From Dehalococcoidia bacterium (GTDB lineage: Bacteria; Chloroflexota; Dehalococcoidia; GIF9; UBA5629): a stretch of 64,000 nucleotides of DNA. Where the stretch lies: positions 81,475-145,474 of the forward strand of contig PLME01000011.1 of NCBI GenBank assembly GCA_003142375.1. Reading direction: 5' to 3'. Shown in pieces: positions 17,594 to 27,177 of this stretch (its first letter is position 1; every line of letters begins with the position of its first letter). The position numbers and the translations under genes are program-made. A model generated the notes under the pieces. It had not been told where the DNA came from. It saw only the letters and a list, made by a program, of their open reading frames with translations, and made no database searches.

Positions 17594-18478
17594 TTATGTT
17601 CCCTCGACCATTTTTATTGCCTGTGTCCAGCATTCATGGGCGCACATCCCACATCCTTTACAATAAAACAGATTAGCCCGGTAATAGCCTTCTTCATTCG
17701 GTTGAATGCATCCCTCGGGGCAAAACAGAGAGCATATTCCGCATTTGATACATTTCTTATCATCCCATACCGGATGCTGAGATTTCCAATCACCGGTGCC
17801 GAACTTTTTGGTATTGCCCGGTTCGGTAACTATGCATCCCACCAGCAACTCGCGCCAGCCCGGAATTTTTTCCATAGGAAATGATTTGGATTTTTTCGTA
17901 CCGGTGGTCGTTATCTGACTTATAACGGTGCTATTGTAAGCGCGCATGCAGGCCTCAAAGTTGGAACTGGCGCGGGCGCCAAACCTTTCATTAAGAGGCG
18001 CCTTTAGGGACTCAAATTTAACTACTTCGGCAGCTTTAACCATGGCTCCCACCATTGTGGTATTAACTATATTGACACCTAACAATTCGCGGGCGATGGA
18101 TGCAGCATCAACTACTGCCAGCTTCCAGTCTCCGCTGAATTCCTGCTGGAGATCTTCGACTGACCGGGTACTATTAACCACCAGACAGCCTCCGGGCTTT
18201 AAACCGTCCGTCACATTTATAAGTGTAACGAGCCCGGGATCCAGGACAACAACTATATCTGGCTTAACTACACCGGATCGAATGCGGATCGGGTTCTCAG
18301 CATCTATCCTGTTGAATGCGAGTACAGGAGCTCCGCGCCTTTCCGGGCCAAAGCTGGGAAAAGCCTGGGCAAATTTCCCCTCGTGTATGGCAGCCAAGGC
18401 AATTAGTTCGGCGGACGTGACAGCACCCTGTCCGCCCCGCCCGTGCCATCGGATTTCAATCGAAGTGTCCTTTTTCAT
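17594..18478 (-). CDS. 2-oxoacid:ferredoxin oxidoreductase fused gamma-delta subunit
   Basis: The gamma domain (GRGGQGAVT) is fused to a delta ferredoxin with CIKCGICSLFCP and CKGCGMCAHEC motifs. Confidence 0.8.
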   Translation of the reverse strand: MKKDTSIEIRWHGRGGQGAVTSAELIALAAIHEGKFAQAFPSFGPERRGAPVLAFNRIDAENPIRIRSGVVKPDIVVVLDPGLVTLINVTDGLKPGGCLVVNSTRSVEDLQQEFSGDWKLAVVDAASIARELLGVNIVNTTMVGAMVKAAEVVKFESLKAPLNERFGARASSNFEACMRAYNSTVISQITTTGTKKSKSFPMEKIPGWRELLVGCIVTEPGNTKKFGTGDWKSQHPVWDDKKCIKCGICSLFCPEGCIQPNEEGYYRANLFYCKGCGMCAHECWTQAIKMVEGT

Positions 18479-18511
18479 ATAACTTGCAGTTAAGTAAATT
18501 AACGGGTTCGA

Positions 18512-18585
18512 TGCGCCCCTGGAGGGACTTGAACCCTCGCACCCGGCTTCGGAGGCCGGCGCTCTATCCCCTGAGCTACAGGGGC
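18512..18585 (-). tRNA. tRNA-Arg (anticodon CCG)
   Basis: The reverse complement reads GCCCCTGTAGCTCAGGGGATAGAGCGCCGGCCTCCGAAGCCGGGTGCGAGGGTTCAAGTCCCTCCAGGGGCG. The anticodon loop is CTCCGAA. CCA is not fully encoded. Confidence 0.8.
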
Positions 18586-18746
18586 AGACAGAATAACTAG
18601 CACTTTATTCCCTATGGAATTCCAACGCTAGGTTATTCAGTATATCAATTTTATTTTTTATTTGGCAAATCTGTTAACCTCTTAATTTAACAGAGTAAAT
18701 AATACATGCCGTGAAGTTCCAGCTTTTGCCCTTATAAACGGGATGA

Positions 18747-18752
18747 TATAAT
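18747..18752 (+). promoter_or_regulatory. -10 TATAAT box for the tRNA-Ser pair
   Basis: TATAAT lies 11 nt upstream of the mature tRNA 5' end at 18764. The -35 box is weak (TTTTGC). Confidence 0.35.
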
Positions 18753-18763
18753 TGTCTGACAGC

Positions 18764-18849
18764 GGAGAGGTGACCGAGTGGCTGATGGTGCCGCTCTCGA
18801 AAAGCGGTGGGCGAGAGCCTCGTGGGTTCGAATCCCACCCTCTCCGCCA
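18764..18849 (+). tRNA. tRNA-Ser (anticodon CGA), long variable arm, CCA encoded
   Basis: The sequence is GGAGAGGTGACCGAGTGGCTGATGGTGCCGCTCTCGAAAAGCGG...GGGTTCGAATCCCACCCTCTCCGCCA. The anticodon loop is CTCGAAA. Confidence 0.85.
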
Positions 18850-18864
18850 TATTTTATGCCCTAT

Positions 18865-18953
<89 letters not shown>

Positions 18954-18973
18954 TATTGCATCGGTCTGGCGGA

Positions 18974-19822
18974 ATGAAAGACATAAAGGATCCTAACGTA
19001 AAAATTGGGCTGGCGCTGGGTAGCGGCGGAGCACGCGGGATAGCGCATATCGGCGTGATAAAAGCCCTTACGGAAGCCGGCATTCCCATTCATATGATTG
19101 CAGGTACCAGTATGGGAGCACTGGTGGGAGCATGTTACGCAGCAGACAAGCAGATATCTTTTCTAGAAGATATAGCCATAAAGTCGAATCTGCGTAAGAT
19201 GGCGCAACTATTGGATCCGAAACTCACCTTGCTGAGTGCTGGCATATTGCACGGGGGAAGGGTTGAGAATTTCTTAAAATCCATTATGGGTGACAGGCAA
19301 ATCGAAGATTGCAAAATACCATATTCCGCTATAGCTACTGATATAAGAACCGGCAAAGAAGTGATTTTAAATAAAGGCCCCTTGCTAAAGGCTGTCAGGG
19401 CCAGCATTTCTATTCCTTTTGTCTTTGTCCCGGTCAAATATGGATCGGCCTATCTGGTGGATGGCGGAACTATTAACCCGGTGCCTGCCAACGTGGTTCG
19501 GTCCATGGGCGCCACATTTATAATCGCCGTAAATGTATTAAATGACGTTAAGAAACGCAGGCATTTCGGGCTTACTGGAGAAAAAAAGTTCGATAAACCT
19601 CCCAGCAGCTTCAATACCATGATACAGTCCATTTACATTATGGAATACCAGATAATCAAGGCCAGTATACTCAAAGCTGATATTATCATCGAGCCGGATA
19701 TCGGCTATATCGAAGCTTTCGAATTCCACCGCGGGCCGGAAGCTATTGAAGCCGGCTATAGCGCCGCCCTCGCGGTTATCCCGGAAATCCAAAAACTTCT
19801 CAGCGGTACCGAAGAAAATTAA
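18974..19822 (+). CDS. patatin-like phospholipase
   Basis: The GxGxxG oxyanion motif (GSGGARG), the GTSMG nucleophile elbow and a DGG aspartate motif are present. ATG 18974 was chosen because the ORF track start at 18926 overlaps tRNA-Ser. Confidence 0.75.
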   Translation: MKDIKDPNVKIGLALGSGGARGIAHIGVIKALTEAGIPIHMIAGTSMGALVGACYAADKQISFLEDIAIKSNLRKMAQLLDPKLTLLSAGILHGGRVENFLKSIMGDRQIEDCKIPYSAIATDIRTGKEVILNKGPLLKAVRASISIPFVFVPVKYGSAYLVDGGTINPVPANVVRSMGATFIIAVNVLNDVKKRRHFGLTGEKKFDKPPSSFNTMIQSIYIMEYQIIKASILKADIIIEPDIGYIEAFEFHRGPEAIEAGYSAALAVIPEIQKLLSGTEEN

Positions 19823-19933
19823 AATCCTTCGATTTTCCTTATATCCTGGCGGTAATTTTCAGTACATTCTCCGCATCTAGACATACGACGGTGTTGGCTT
19901 TTTGCATAGCTGTGTTAAAATAACTCGATTTTT

Positions 19934-21031
19934 ATGCAGGACAGCGAAACAAAATACTGGATAGGCTTTAGCAGAGCGCCCGGCATCGGGAAGGTTAGAC
20001 TTAATTCCCTCAAAGACCACTTCGGTTGTCTCGAAGGTGCCTGGAAGGCCAGCAAAGCCGAACTCATCCGCGCCGGTCTGGATGATAAAATAGCCGACGG
20101 TTTAGTTGATTGCCGCACCAAGATATCTCTTGAAAAAGAGCTGGAGCTCATCGAGAAATACCATATCAAGGTCATCCCTTTCAACTCTCCGCATTATCCA
20201 CCGCTTTTGAAGGAGATCCATGATTATCCGGCTGTAATTTATATACGCGGCATGCTCAAAGCATTAACCGGAACCAACATAGCCGTTGTGGGTACCCGCC
20301 GGGCTACCGCTTACGGCAGGCAGGTTACGGAAGAATTGGCCCGGAGCCTCGTTATGAATAATATTACAATTGTCAGTGGCCTGGCCAAAGGCATTGATAC
20401 AGCGGCGCACAGGGCTGCCCTCGATGCCGGCGGTCAGACAGTGGCAGTATTTGCCAGCGGGCTGGACATAGTATACCCGCCGGAGAATTTGAACCTGGCT
20501 CGTGAAATAATGGAGCACGGAGTTCTAGTTAGTGAATATCCTGTAGGGATAAAGCCGAAAGCTGATAATTTCCCACGGCGTAACCGGATATTAAGCGGTT
20601 TAAGCAGCGGTGTACTGGTGGTGGAATCAGGAGAAAGCGGCGGCGCTCTCATCACGGCCAATTTTGCAGTGGAGCAAAACAGGGAGGTATTTGCAGTCCC
20701 GGGAAGTGTTCTATCACCCATGAGCAGGGGACCCAATAAACTCATTCAAGAGGGAGCAAAGCTGGTCAGAAACCACCTGGATATAATTGAAGAATTGAAT
20801 CTATCAGTAGTGTCCCAGCAGCTTGTGATGGAGGAGCTAACTGCATCCAACGAAATTGAATCGCATATAATGAAATGTATGACAGGTGAACCGACCCATA
20901 TAGATGAAATCTGCAGGAAAACCGGAATAAATACTTCTACGGTTATGAGCAATCTGGCTATAATGGAGTTCAAAGGGTTGGTACGGCAAATAGGCAGCAT
21001 GAGCTACATGCTTAATAATAATTTAAGATAA
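19934..21031 (+). CDS. dprA: DNA processing protein DprA (Smf)
   Basis: The Rossmann core is present (VVGTRRATAYGRQVTEELARSLV...IVSGLAKGIDTAAHRAAL). Confidence 0.8.
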   Translation: MQDSETKYWIGFSRAPGIGKVRLNSLKDHFGCLEGAWKASKAELIRAGLDDKIADGLVDCRTKISLEKELELIEKYHIKVIPFNSPHYPPLLKEIHDYPAVIYIRGMLKALTGTNIAVVGTRRATAYGRQVTEELARSLVMNNITIVSGLAKGIDTAAHRAALDAGGQTVAVFASGLDIVYPPENLNLAREIMEHGVLVSEYPVGIKPKADNFPRRNRILSGLSSGVLVVESGESGGALITANFAVEQNREVFAVPGSVLSPMSRGPNKLIQEGAKLVRNHLDIIEELNLSVVSQQLVMEELTASNEIESHIMKCMTGEPTHIDEICRKTGINTSTVMSNLAIMEFKGLVRQIGSMSYMLNNNLR

Positions 21032-21053
21032 TAAAGGATAAATAAGTAAATTT

Positions 21054-23288
21054 ATGGCTACTAAACTCGTTATTGTGGAATCTCCGGCAAAGGCTAAAAC
21101 TCTGACTAAGATACTTGGTAAAAACTATATTATCAAGGCCTCCATGGGGCATGTTCGTGATCTACCCGAGGATAAACTGGGAATACAGATAGACAAGGAC
21201 TTTGAACCCGAATACAGGAATATACGGGAGCGCAAACCTATTATCACCAGTATCAAAGAGCTGGCCAACAGCGCTTCGGCCATTTATTTGGCAACTGACC
21301 CGGATCGTGAAGGTGAAGCGATTTCCTGGCACCTCATCAAAGCTGCCAACCTTGAAAAGGACAAGATACCCCTGCGGAGGGTTACTTTCCATGAGATAAC
21401 CAAGGAAGCTGTGGAACAGGCATTTGACAATCCCCGTGCCATCGATATGAAAATGGTGGAAGCACAGCAGGCCAGGAGGATACTGGATCGGCTGGTAGGC
21501 TATAAGCTCAGCCCGCTATTGTGGAAAAAAGTGCTTAAGGGTCTTTCGGCCGGGCGCGTTCAATCGGTTGCAGTCCGGATAATTGTTGAACGGGAAAGAG
21601 AAATTCAGAGTTTCGATCCAGTGGAATATTGGACCATAGAAGCCGATCTGGCCAAACAGAGCGCCGGAGAGAAAAGCTTCAAAGCCTCGTTCGTAGGTTT
21701 GTTGGGTGAGAGGAAACTTGATATCCCCGGCAAGGACCGCTGTGATGACATCCTTGCGGACTTGAGGGAAGCCGAATATTCCGTAGCAGCAATTCAGAAG
21801 AAAGAAGTCCCGCGTAATCCGGCCCCGCCTTTTATAACCAGCACGTTGCAACAGGAAGCATGGCGCAAACTGCATTTCACAGCCAAAAAGACCATGGTCA
21901 TTGCACAGCAATTGTATGAGGGATTGCACATAGGCGAGGAAGGCGATACCGGGTTAATCACCTACATGCGCACAGATTCTACACACATGGCTGCCACCGC
22001 TGTGGAAGAAATACGGGACTACATCCACGGCAACTTCTCGCGTGAATATTTACCCAAGACTGCCCGGGCATTTACCAAGAAAGTGAAAATGGCCCAGGAA
22101 GCACACGAAGCCATACGGCCGACCAAAGCCCAAAGGGCGCCGGAGAAAATCAAAGGTTATTTAAATAAGGAGCAAAACCTTTTATATGAATTGATTTGGA
22201 AGAGGGCTATTGCCAGCCAGATGGCAGCCGCCGTCTATGATACATTGACTGTCGATATTCACGCACAGTTAAGTAAAAAGAAAAAAGCATACTTGCTCCA
22301 AACAAAAGCTTCATCCCTTCGCTTTCCTGGATTTATGGCCCTTTATATCGAGGGTAGAGACGAAGAAAAGGATGAATATGACGAGGGGACCACTACAAAG
22401 ATTCCAAAGTTATCGGAAGACGAATTGCTGCGCCTGGTTGAGCTCCATCCGGAGCAGTTTTTTACTCAGCCTCCTCCACGTTACACCGAGGCTACCCTAA
22501 TTAAATCGCTTGAACAGAAGGGCATCGGCCGACCGAGCACGTATGCCCCGATTATCTCTACTATCGTTGATAGGGGCTATGTATACAAAGATGCAGGAAA
22601 GCTCAAACCGGAGGAAATAGGCACTATTGTCAACGATCTGCTGGTAAAGAGCTTCCCCAACATCGTGGACTTCAACTTTACTGCCAAAATGGAAGATGAA
22701 CTGGATGAGATAGCTAAAGGTAAACTAAAGTGGGTTTCAGTAATCAGGTCGTTTTACTCGCCGTTCGAGAAAGATTTATTACATGCGCAGGAGAAACTGG
22801 AGAAGATAGTTATCAAATCCAAGGAGACCTGCCCTGAGTGCGGCAAAACCATGGTAATGAAATCGAGCAGGTATGGTAAATTTTTGGCCTGCAGCAATTA
22901 CCCTGAGTGCATGGGAAAGAAATCCATAAATTCGTTCAGGGGATCTTCCGGGGCTTCTGATAATGCTGCTCCCGAAGTATCCAATGAACCCTGTCCTATT
23001 TGCTCAAAAAATATGGTGGTCCGCAAAAGCCGTTTCGGAAAATTTTTAGCCTGCCCTGACTACCCTAAATGCAGTGGGAAAAAGACTATGCAGAGAAAGC
23101 CCTTTGGCGGTGGAAAGGAAAAGAGCAGTGATAGCACACCGGAAACGACCGATGAAAAATGTCCTAAATGCGGCAAGCCGATGGTTATCAGGTCTGGTAG
23201 GTTCGGGAAATTCCTGGCTTGCAGTGCTTATCCCAAATGCAAGACCACGAAAAAAATCCTCGCTGACAAACAGGCCGCTGATAAATAG
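21054..23288 (+). CDS. topA: DNA topoisomerase I with three C-terminal C4 zinc ribbons
   Basis: The Toprim N-terminus (LVIVESPAKAKT), a catalytic Tyr region and CPECGK.../CPICSK.../CPKCGK... zinc fingers are present. Confidence 0.9.
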   Translation: MATKLVIVESPAKAKTLTKILGKNYIIKASMGHVRDLPEDKLGIQIDKDFEPEYRNIRERKPIITSIKELANSASAIYLATDPDREGEAISWHLIKAANLEKDKIPLRRVTFHEITKEAVEQAFDNPRAIDMKMVEAQQARRILDRLVGYKLSPLLWKKVLKGLSAGRVQSVAVRIIVEREREIQSFDPVEYWTIEADLAKQSAGEKSFKASFVGLLGERKLDIPGKDRCDDILADLREAEYSVAAIQKKEVPRNPAPPFITSTLQQEAWRKLHFTAKKTMVIAQQLYEGLHIGEEGDTGLITYMRTDSTHMAATAVEEIRDYIHGNFSREYLPKTARAFTKKVKMAQEAHEAIRPTKAQRAPEKIKGYLNKEQNLLYELIWKRAIASQMAAAVYDTLTVDIHAQLSKKKKAYLLQTKASSLRFPGFMALYIEGRDEEKDEYDEGTTTKIPKLSEDELLRLVELHPEQFFTQPPPRYTEATLIKSLEQKGIGRPSTYAPIISTIVDRGYVYKDAGKLKPEEIGTIVNDLLVKSFPNIVDFNFTAKMEDELDEIAKGKLKWVSVIRSFYSPFEKDLLHAQEKLEKIVIKSKETCPECGKTMVMKSSRYGKFLACSNYPECMGKKSINSFRGSSGASDNAAPEVSNEPCPICSKNMVVRKSRFGKFLACPDYPKCSGKKTMQRKPFGGGKEKSSDSTPETTDEKCPKCGKPMVIRSGRFGKFLACSAYPKCKTTKKILADKQAADK

Positions 23289-23352
23289 GTTTTACTAAAT
23301 ATCGCGTGGCTTGTCTGAATAAATAATAACGTAAATTGCAGAGAAACCTGGT

Positions 23353-24429
23353 TTGCAAAGACTGAATGATTTAAGGGACAAATTTGCCGGCAGTAATATA
23401 GATGGATTGATTGTCGGCTCACCGGTGAACCGCCGATACCTGTCAGGTTTTTCAGGGTCCGCCGGCTGGATCGTTATTTCCGCTAAAGAAGCCGTTCTAG
23501 CTGTAGACTTCCGCTATGTGGAGCAGGCCAGGAAGGAATCCAACGCTTTCGAAGTTATCTATATACAGGGTGATCTGGCCAAATGGCTCCCGGAGGTCGT
23601 AGGCAGGCTGAGTATAAAAAGGCTGGGTATTGAATCAGAATATACAACTCTTTCGACCTACGAATCTTTGTGCCTCATATTTCAAAATGGTGAAACCTCC
23701 CTTCAACCTTTGAAAAACATGGTCGAATCATTGCGTATAGTTAAGTCTGAATTAGAGATCTCTAACATCAGCAGGGCTGCCGAAATTGCCGATAAAACCA
23801 TGGCCTACATAAGCACCAACCTGCGTCCCGGGATAAGTGAAATTTACTTTGCCTGGGAGCTGGAGAAATTCATCCGGGATCAAAAATATGAGCCATTGCC
23901 GTTTGAGATAATTGTCGCTTCTGGCTGCAACGCAGCTCTCCCGCATGCCAGGCCTACTGAAAAATTAATTGTTGAAGGTGAGCCTGTCACAATCGACCTC
24001 GGCGCCAGATATAACGACTATTGCAGCGATATAACCCGCACGTTCGTGATTGGAAAGGGAGACACGGATTTTTATAAAATCTATAATGTAGTGCTGGGAG
24101 CCCAACTGGCTGCTTTATCAATTGTCGAGGCGGGTATGCAGGCTTCAACTGCCGATACCATTGCACGCAAAATGATCGATAAGGCGGGTTACGGCGAATA
24201 TTTCGGACACGGTTTGGGGCACGGAATTGGCCTTGAAACGCACGAGGCCCCGCGGCTGGGGACCTTAAGTGATGATATACTCTTGGAGAACATGGTTTTT
24301 ACCATCGAGCCCGGGATTTATATACCTGGGTGGGGTGGTATAAGGATCGAAGACACGGTAACTATCAGGGATGGAAAAATAAAAACGATCAGCAAAGCCG
24401 GAAAAGAGGCACACATACTTGGAGGTTAA
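23353..24429 (+). CDS. M24 family Xaa-Pro aminopeptidase/dipeptidase
   Basis: It has a TTG start. The pita-bread fold metal ligands are present (DLGARYNDYCSDITRT, HGLGHGIGLETHE, IEPGIY). Confidence 0.8.
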   Translation: MQRLNDLRDKFAGSNIDGLIVGSPVNRRYLSGFSGSAGWIVISAKEAVLAVDFRYVEQARKESNAFEVIYIQGDLAKWLPEVVGRLSIKRLGIESEYTTLSTYESLCLIFQNGETSLQPLKNMVESLRIVKSELEISNISRAAEIADKTMAYISTNLRPGISEIYFAWELEKFIRDQKYEPLPFEIIVASGCNAALPHARPTEKLIVEGEPVTIDLGARYNDYCSDITRTFVIGKGDTDFYKIYNVVLGAQLAALSIVEAGMQASTADTIARKMIDKAGYGEYFGHGLGHGIGLETHEAPRLGTLSDDILLENMVFTIEPGIYIPGWGGIRIEDTVTIRDGKIKTISKAGKEAHILGG

Positions 24430-24435
24430 GCAGAT

Positions 24436-24996
24436 ATGATTGATGCAGGAGAGCTTAAAAAAGGCATTACAATAGTGCTGGACGGACAGCTTTACCAGGT
24501 GCTTGATTTCCAGCATATAAAAATGGGCCGGGGTTCCGCACAAATCCGCATAAAACTGCGCGATGTCAAAGGCGGCCATACCATTGAGAAATCATTCCAG
24601 GCCAGCGAAAAATTCGCTAAGGCCTTTTTACAGAAGCGCCCTGCTCAGTTTCTCTATAACGACGGCGATATATACCATTTTATGGATAACGAAACCTACG
24701 AACAGTTTGCTGTGGATAAGTCACTTATAGGCGACGCACTGAATTACCTTAAAGAGAATATGAACTTGGAGTTGCTTACACATAAGGGTGTTACCATCGG
24801 CGTTGAAATCCCATTATCCGTCGAGTTAAAGATAGTTGAGACGGGCCCCGGTTTTAAAGGCAACACGGCCAGCGCCGGCAGTAAGCCCGCTACTATGGAG
24901 ACCGGGATCACCATTCAGGTCCCTTTCTTTATAAATACCGGCGATATTATAAAAGTGGATACCAGGACCGGCACATATTTGGAAAGGGTTAGCTGA
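24436..24996 (+). CDS. efp: translation elongation factor P
   Basis: The KOW N-terminus and GDxxKVDTRTGxYxERV C-terminus match. The size is 186 aa. Confidence 0.9.
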   Translation: MIDAGELKKGITIVLDGQLYQVLDFQHIKMGRGSAQIRIKLRDVKGGHTIEKSFQASEKFAKAFLQKRPAQFLYNDGDIYHFMDNETYEQFAVDKSLIGDALNYLKENMNLELLTHKGVTIGVEIPLSVELKIVETGPGFKGNTASAGSKPATMETGITIQVPFFINTGDIIKVDTRTGTYLERVS

Positions 24997-25000
24997 TCCT

Positions 25001-25657
25001 TTGGTTAAAGCCGATCTCCACGTACATACCTTTCACTCCGTGGATTCCAATATGTCCTACGAGCAGCTTATTGCTGCCTGTCAGAGAAAAGGTATTAATT
25101 GCATTGCAGTCTCTGATCACGGGACCACCAGGGGTGCACGGGAGTTGAGTAAGATCGCCCCCTTCAAGGTCATTATTTGCGAAGAGGTGCTCACTCCCTA
25201 CGGTGAGATTATGGGGATGTTTTTAAACGAGGATATACCCAATAATATCAGTGTGGAAGACACTTTAAAGCACATACGCCAGCAGGGCGGGTTGATCAAT
25301 ATCCCCCACCCTTATGATAGAGTGAGGCCTTCAGCCTTTCGAAATAAACAGATGCTGGAATCGGTCGCCGAACAGGCCGATTTAATCGAAGTATTTAATT
25401 CCAGGAGCCTGTTTCCAGGCATAGGCAAGAAGGCCCGAGAGCTGGCTTCGAGGCACAATAAAGTTGTCAGCGCCGGCAGTGACGCCCACAGCCCGATTGA
25501 AATCGGCTATGTTTCCATAGATATGCCCGACTTCGACACCAAGCAGGAATTCCTTGCTTCGCTAAGCAAGGCCGAGTTCCACTGTAAAAAATCGAGCCCG
25601 TTGATACACATTATCAGCACCACAGCCAGGTTAGGAAAACGACATAAACCGGAGTAG
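25001..25657 (+). CDS. PHP (polymerase/histidinol-phosphatase) family metal-dependent phosphoesterase
   Basis: It has a TTG start 5 nt after the efp stop. The PHP motif DLHVHTFHS is present, with later His/Asp ligands. Confidence 0.65.
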   Translation: MVKADLHVHTFHSVDSNMSYEQLIAACQRKGINCIAVSDHGTTRGARELSKIAPFKVIICEEVLTPYGEIMGMFLNEDIPNNISVEDTLKHIRQQGGLINIPHPYDRVRPSAFRNKQMLESVAEQADLIEVFNSRSLFPGIGKKARELASRHNKVVSAGSDAHSPIEIGYVSIDMPDFDTKQEFLASLSKAEFHCKKSSPLIHIISTTARLGKRHKPE

Positions 25658-26488
25658 TTGAAAGTGCTTAGAGTCGGCTGGTTTTCTACTGCCAGGGGAG
25701 ACAGCTCACGCAAGCTGTTGTCAACTGCTTATGCAAGCATCCGTAGCGGAGAGCTCAAAGCCCAAATAGATTTTGTTTTCTGCAGCCGTGAGCCGGGAGA
25801 GTCCGAGAAGACGGACCTCTTCATTGAACAGGTTAAAGGTTACGGCATACCTCTGATCTGTTTATCTGTCAAGGAATTTGCACAGAGGTCCTCTCAGGAA
25901 ATAGGTGTTAAGAACAAGAGGCTGCCCGAGTGGAGGGTTGAATACGACCGGCAGGTGATGAAGAAGCTTTCAACATACAATGCGGATATCTGCGTGCTGG
26001 CCGGCTACATGCTTATCGTTGGCCCGGAAATGTGCGGCCATTACAATTTGATAAACCTGCACCCAGCTCTGCCATCGGGGCCCAAAGGCACCTGGCAGGA
26101 AGTTATTTGGTATTTGATTTCAACCAGGGCTACCGAATCGGGTGTTATGATGCATCTTGTGACGCCCGACCTTGATAGGGGTCCGGTCATCACTTATTGT
26201 AAATACAGTATCAGCGGCCCTGAATTTAATACTTTGTGGGCAGAGATAAAGGATGTGCCGGTTATTACTTTAAAGGCGCAGCAGGGAGAAAATAACGAGC
26301 TTTTTAAAAAGATCAGGCAGGCCGGATTTATGCGCGAAACCCCTTTGATTATTCACACCTTGAAGTCTTTCAGTGAAGGTAAAATAACCATAGACCGCAG
26401 GAAACGGTTATTGGATGCCGCAGGCAAGCCAATACCTGGTTATGATTTGACCAGCGAGATTGATAGGGACTTGTCAGCGCCTCAATAG
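25658..26488 (+). CDS. formyltransferase-family protein (PurN/Fmt-like N-terminal domain with C-terminal extension)
   Basis: It has a TTG start abutting the PHP stop. The formyl-transferase core motif is present (LAGYMLIVGPEMCGHYNLINLHPALPSGPKG). Confidence 0.5.
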   Translation: MKVLRVGWFSTARGDSSRKLLSTAYASIRSGELKAQIDFVFCSREPGESEKTDLFIEQVKGYGIPLICLSVKEFAQRSSQEIGVKNKRLPEWRVEYDRQVMKKLSTYNADICVLAGYMLIVGPEMCGHYNLINLHPALPSGPKGTWQEVIWYLISTRATESGVMMHLVTPDLDRGPVITYCKYSISGPEFNTLWAEIKDVPVITLKAQQGENNELFKKIRQAGFMRETPLIIHTLKSFSEGKITIDRRKRLLDAAGKPIPGYDLTSEIDRDLSAPQ

Positions 26489-26506
26489 GAGCGGCAGCAG
26501 AATAAA

Positions 26507-26543
26507 AGAGAGGAGACTGGTGAAGTCTCCTCTCTTTGTTTTA
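26507..26543. terminator. bidirectional rho-independent terminator between convergent formyltransferase-like gene and clpP
   Basis: AGAGAGGAGACT pairs with AGTCTCCTCTCT across a 5-nt loop. It is flanked by an A-run upstream and a T-run downstream. Confidence 0.55.
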
Positions 26544-26562
26544 TCCAGCTTTGGAAATAAAT

Positions 26563-27177
26563 TTATGTCTTCGGTTTGTTGGAAGACGGTGCCAGGATAT
26601 CATCTATCAGCCCGTATTGTACCGCCTGCTCGGCGTTGAAATAAATATCTCTGTCCGTATCCTGGCGGATCTTTTCCAAAGATTGCCCGGTATGTTTGGC
26701 CAAAATTTTGGCTATTAGCTCGTCAAGCCTTTCAAATTCTTTGGCGGCAATTTTAATGTCGGTTATCTGTCCCTGTGTTCCGGCCCTGCCCTGGTGCATA
26801 TGGATTGTTGAGCTGGGCAGTGCGTACCTTTTTCCCTTGGCTCCGGCGCACAGCAGGACCGTTCCCATGCTGTAAGCGGAACCAACGCAAATGGTTGAGA
26901 CGTCCGGCTGTATCAGTTGCATCGTGTCATAGATTGCTAGGCCAGCGGTGACCACACCGCCGGGCGAATGAATATAAAGGCTGATATCCTTCTCAGGGTC
27001 CTCACGTGCCAGATACAACAATTGAGCGACTATCAGGTTGGCGATCTGGTCTTCAACCTGGGTCCCGAGGAATACAATCCTCTCCTTAAGCAAGAGCGAG
27101 TATATATCCATAGATCTTTCGCCCCTGGCGCTGCTCTCGGTTACCATAGGTATTATGTTAAGCGGTGACCTGTCCAT
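26563..27177 (-). CDS. clpP: ATP-dependent Clp protease proteolytic subunit
   Basis: The N-terminus ([29 protein letters not shown]) and the catalytic Ser/His region (GSAYSMG, HMHQ) are present. Confidence 0.9.
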   Translation of the reverse strand: MDRSPLNIIPMVTESSARGERSMDIYSLLLKERIVFLGTQVEDQIANLIVAQLLYLAREDPEKDISLYIHSPGGVVTAGLAIYDTMQLIQPDVSTICVGSAYSMGTVLLCAGAKGKRYALPSSTIHMHQGRAGTQGQITDIKIAAKEFERLDELIAKILAKHTGQSLEKIRQDTDRDIYFNAEQAVQYGLIDDILAPSSNKPKT

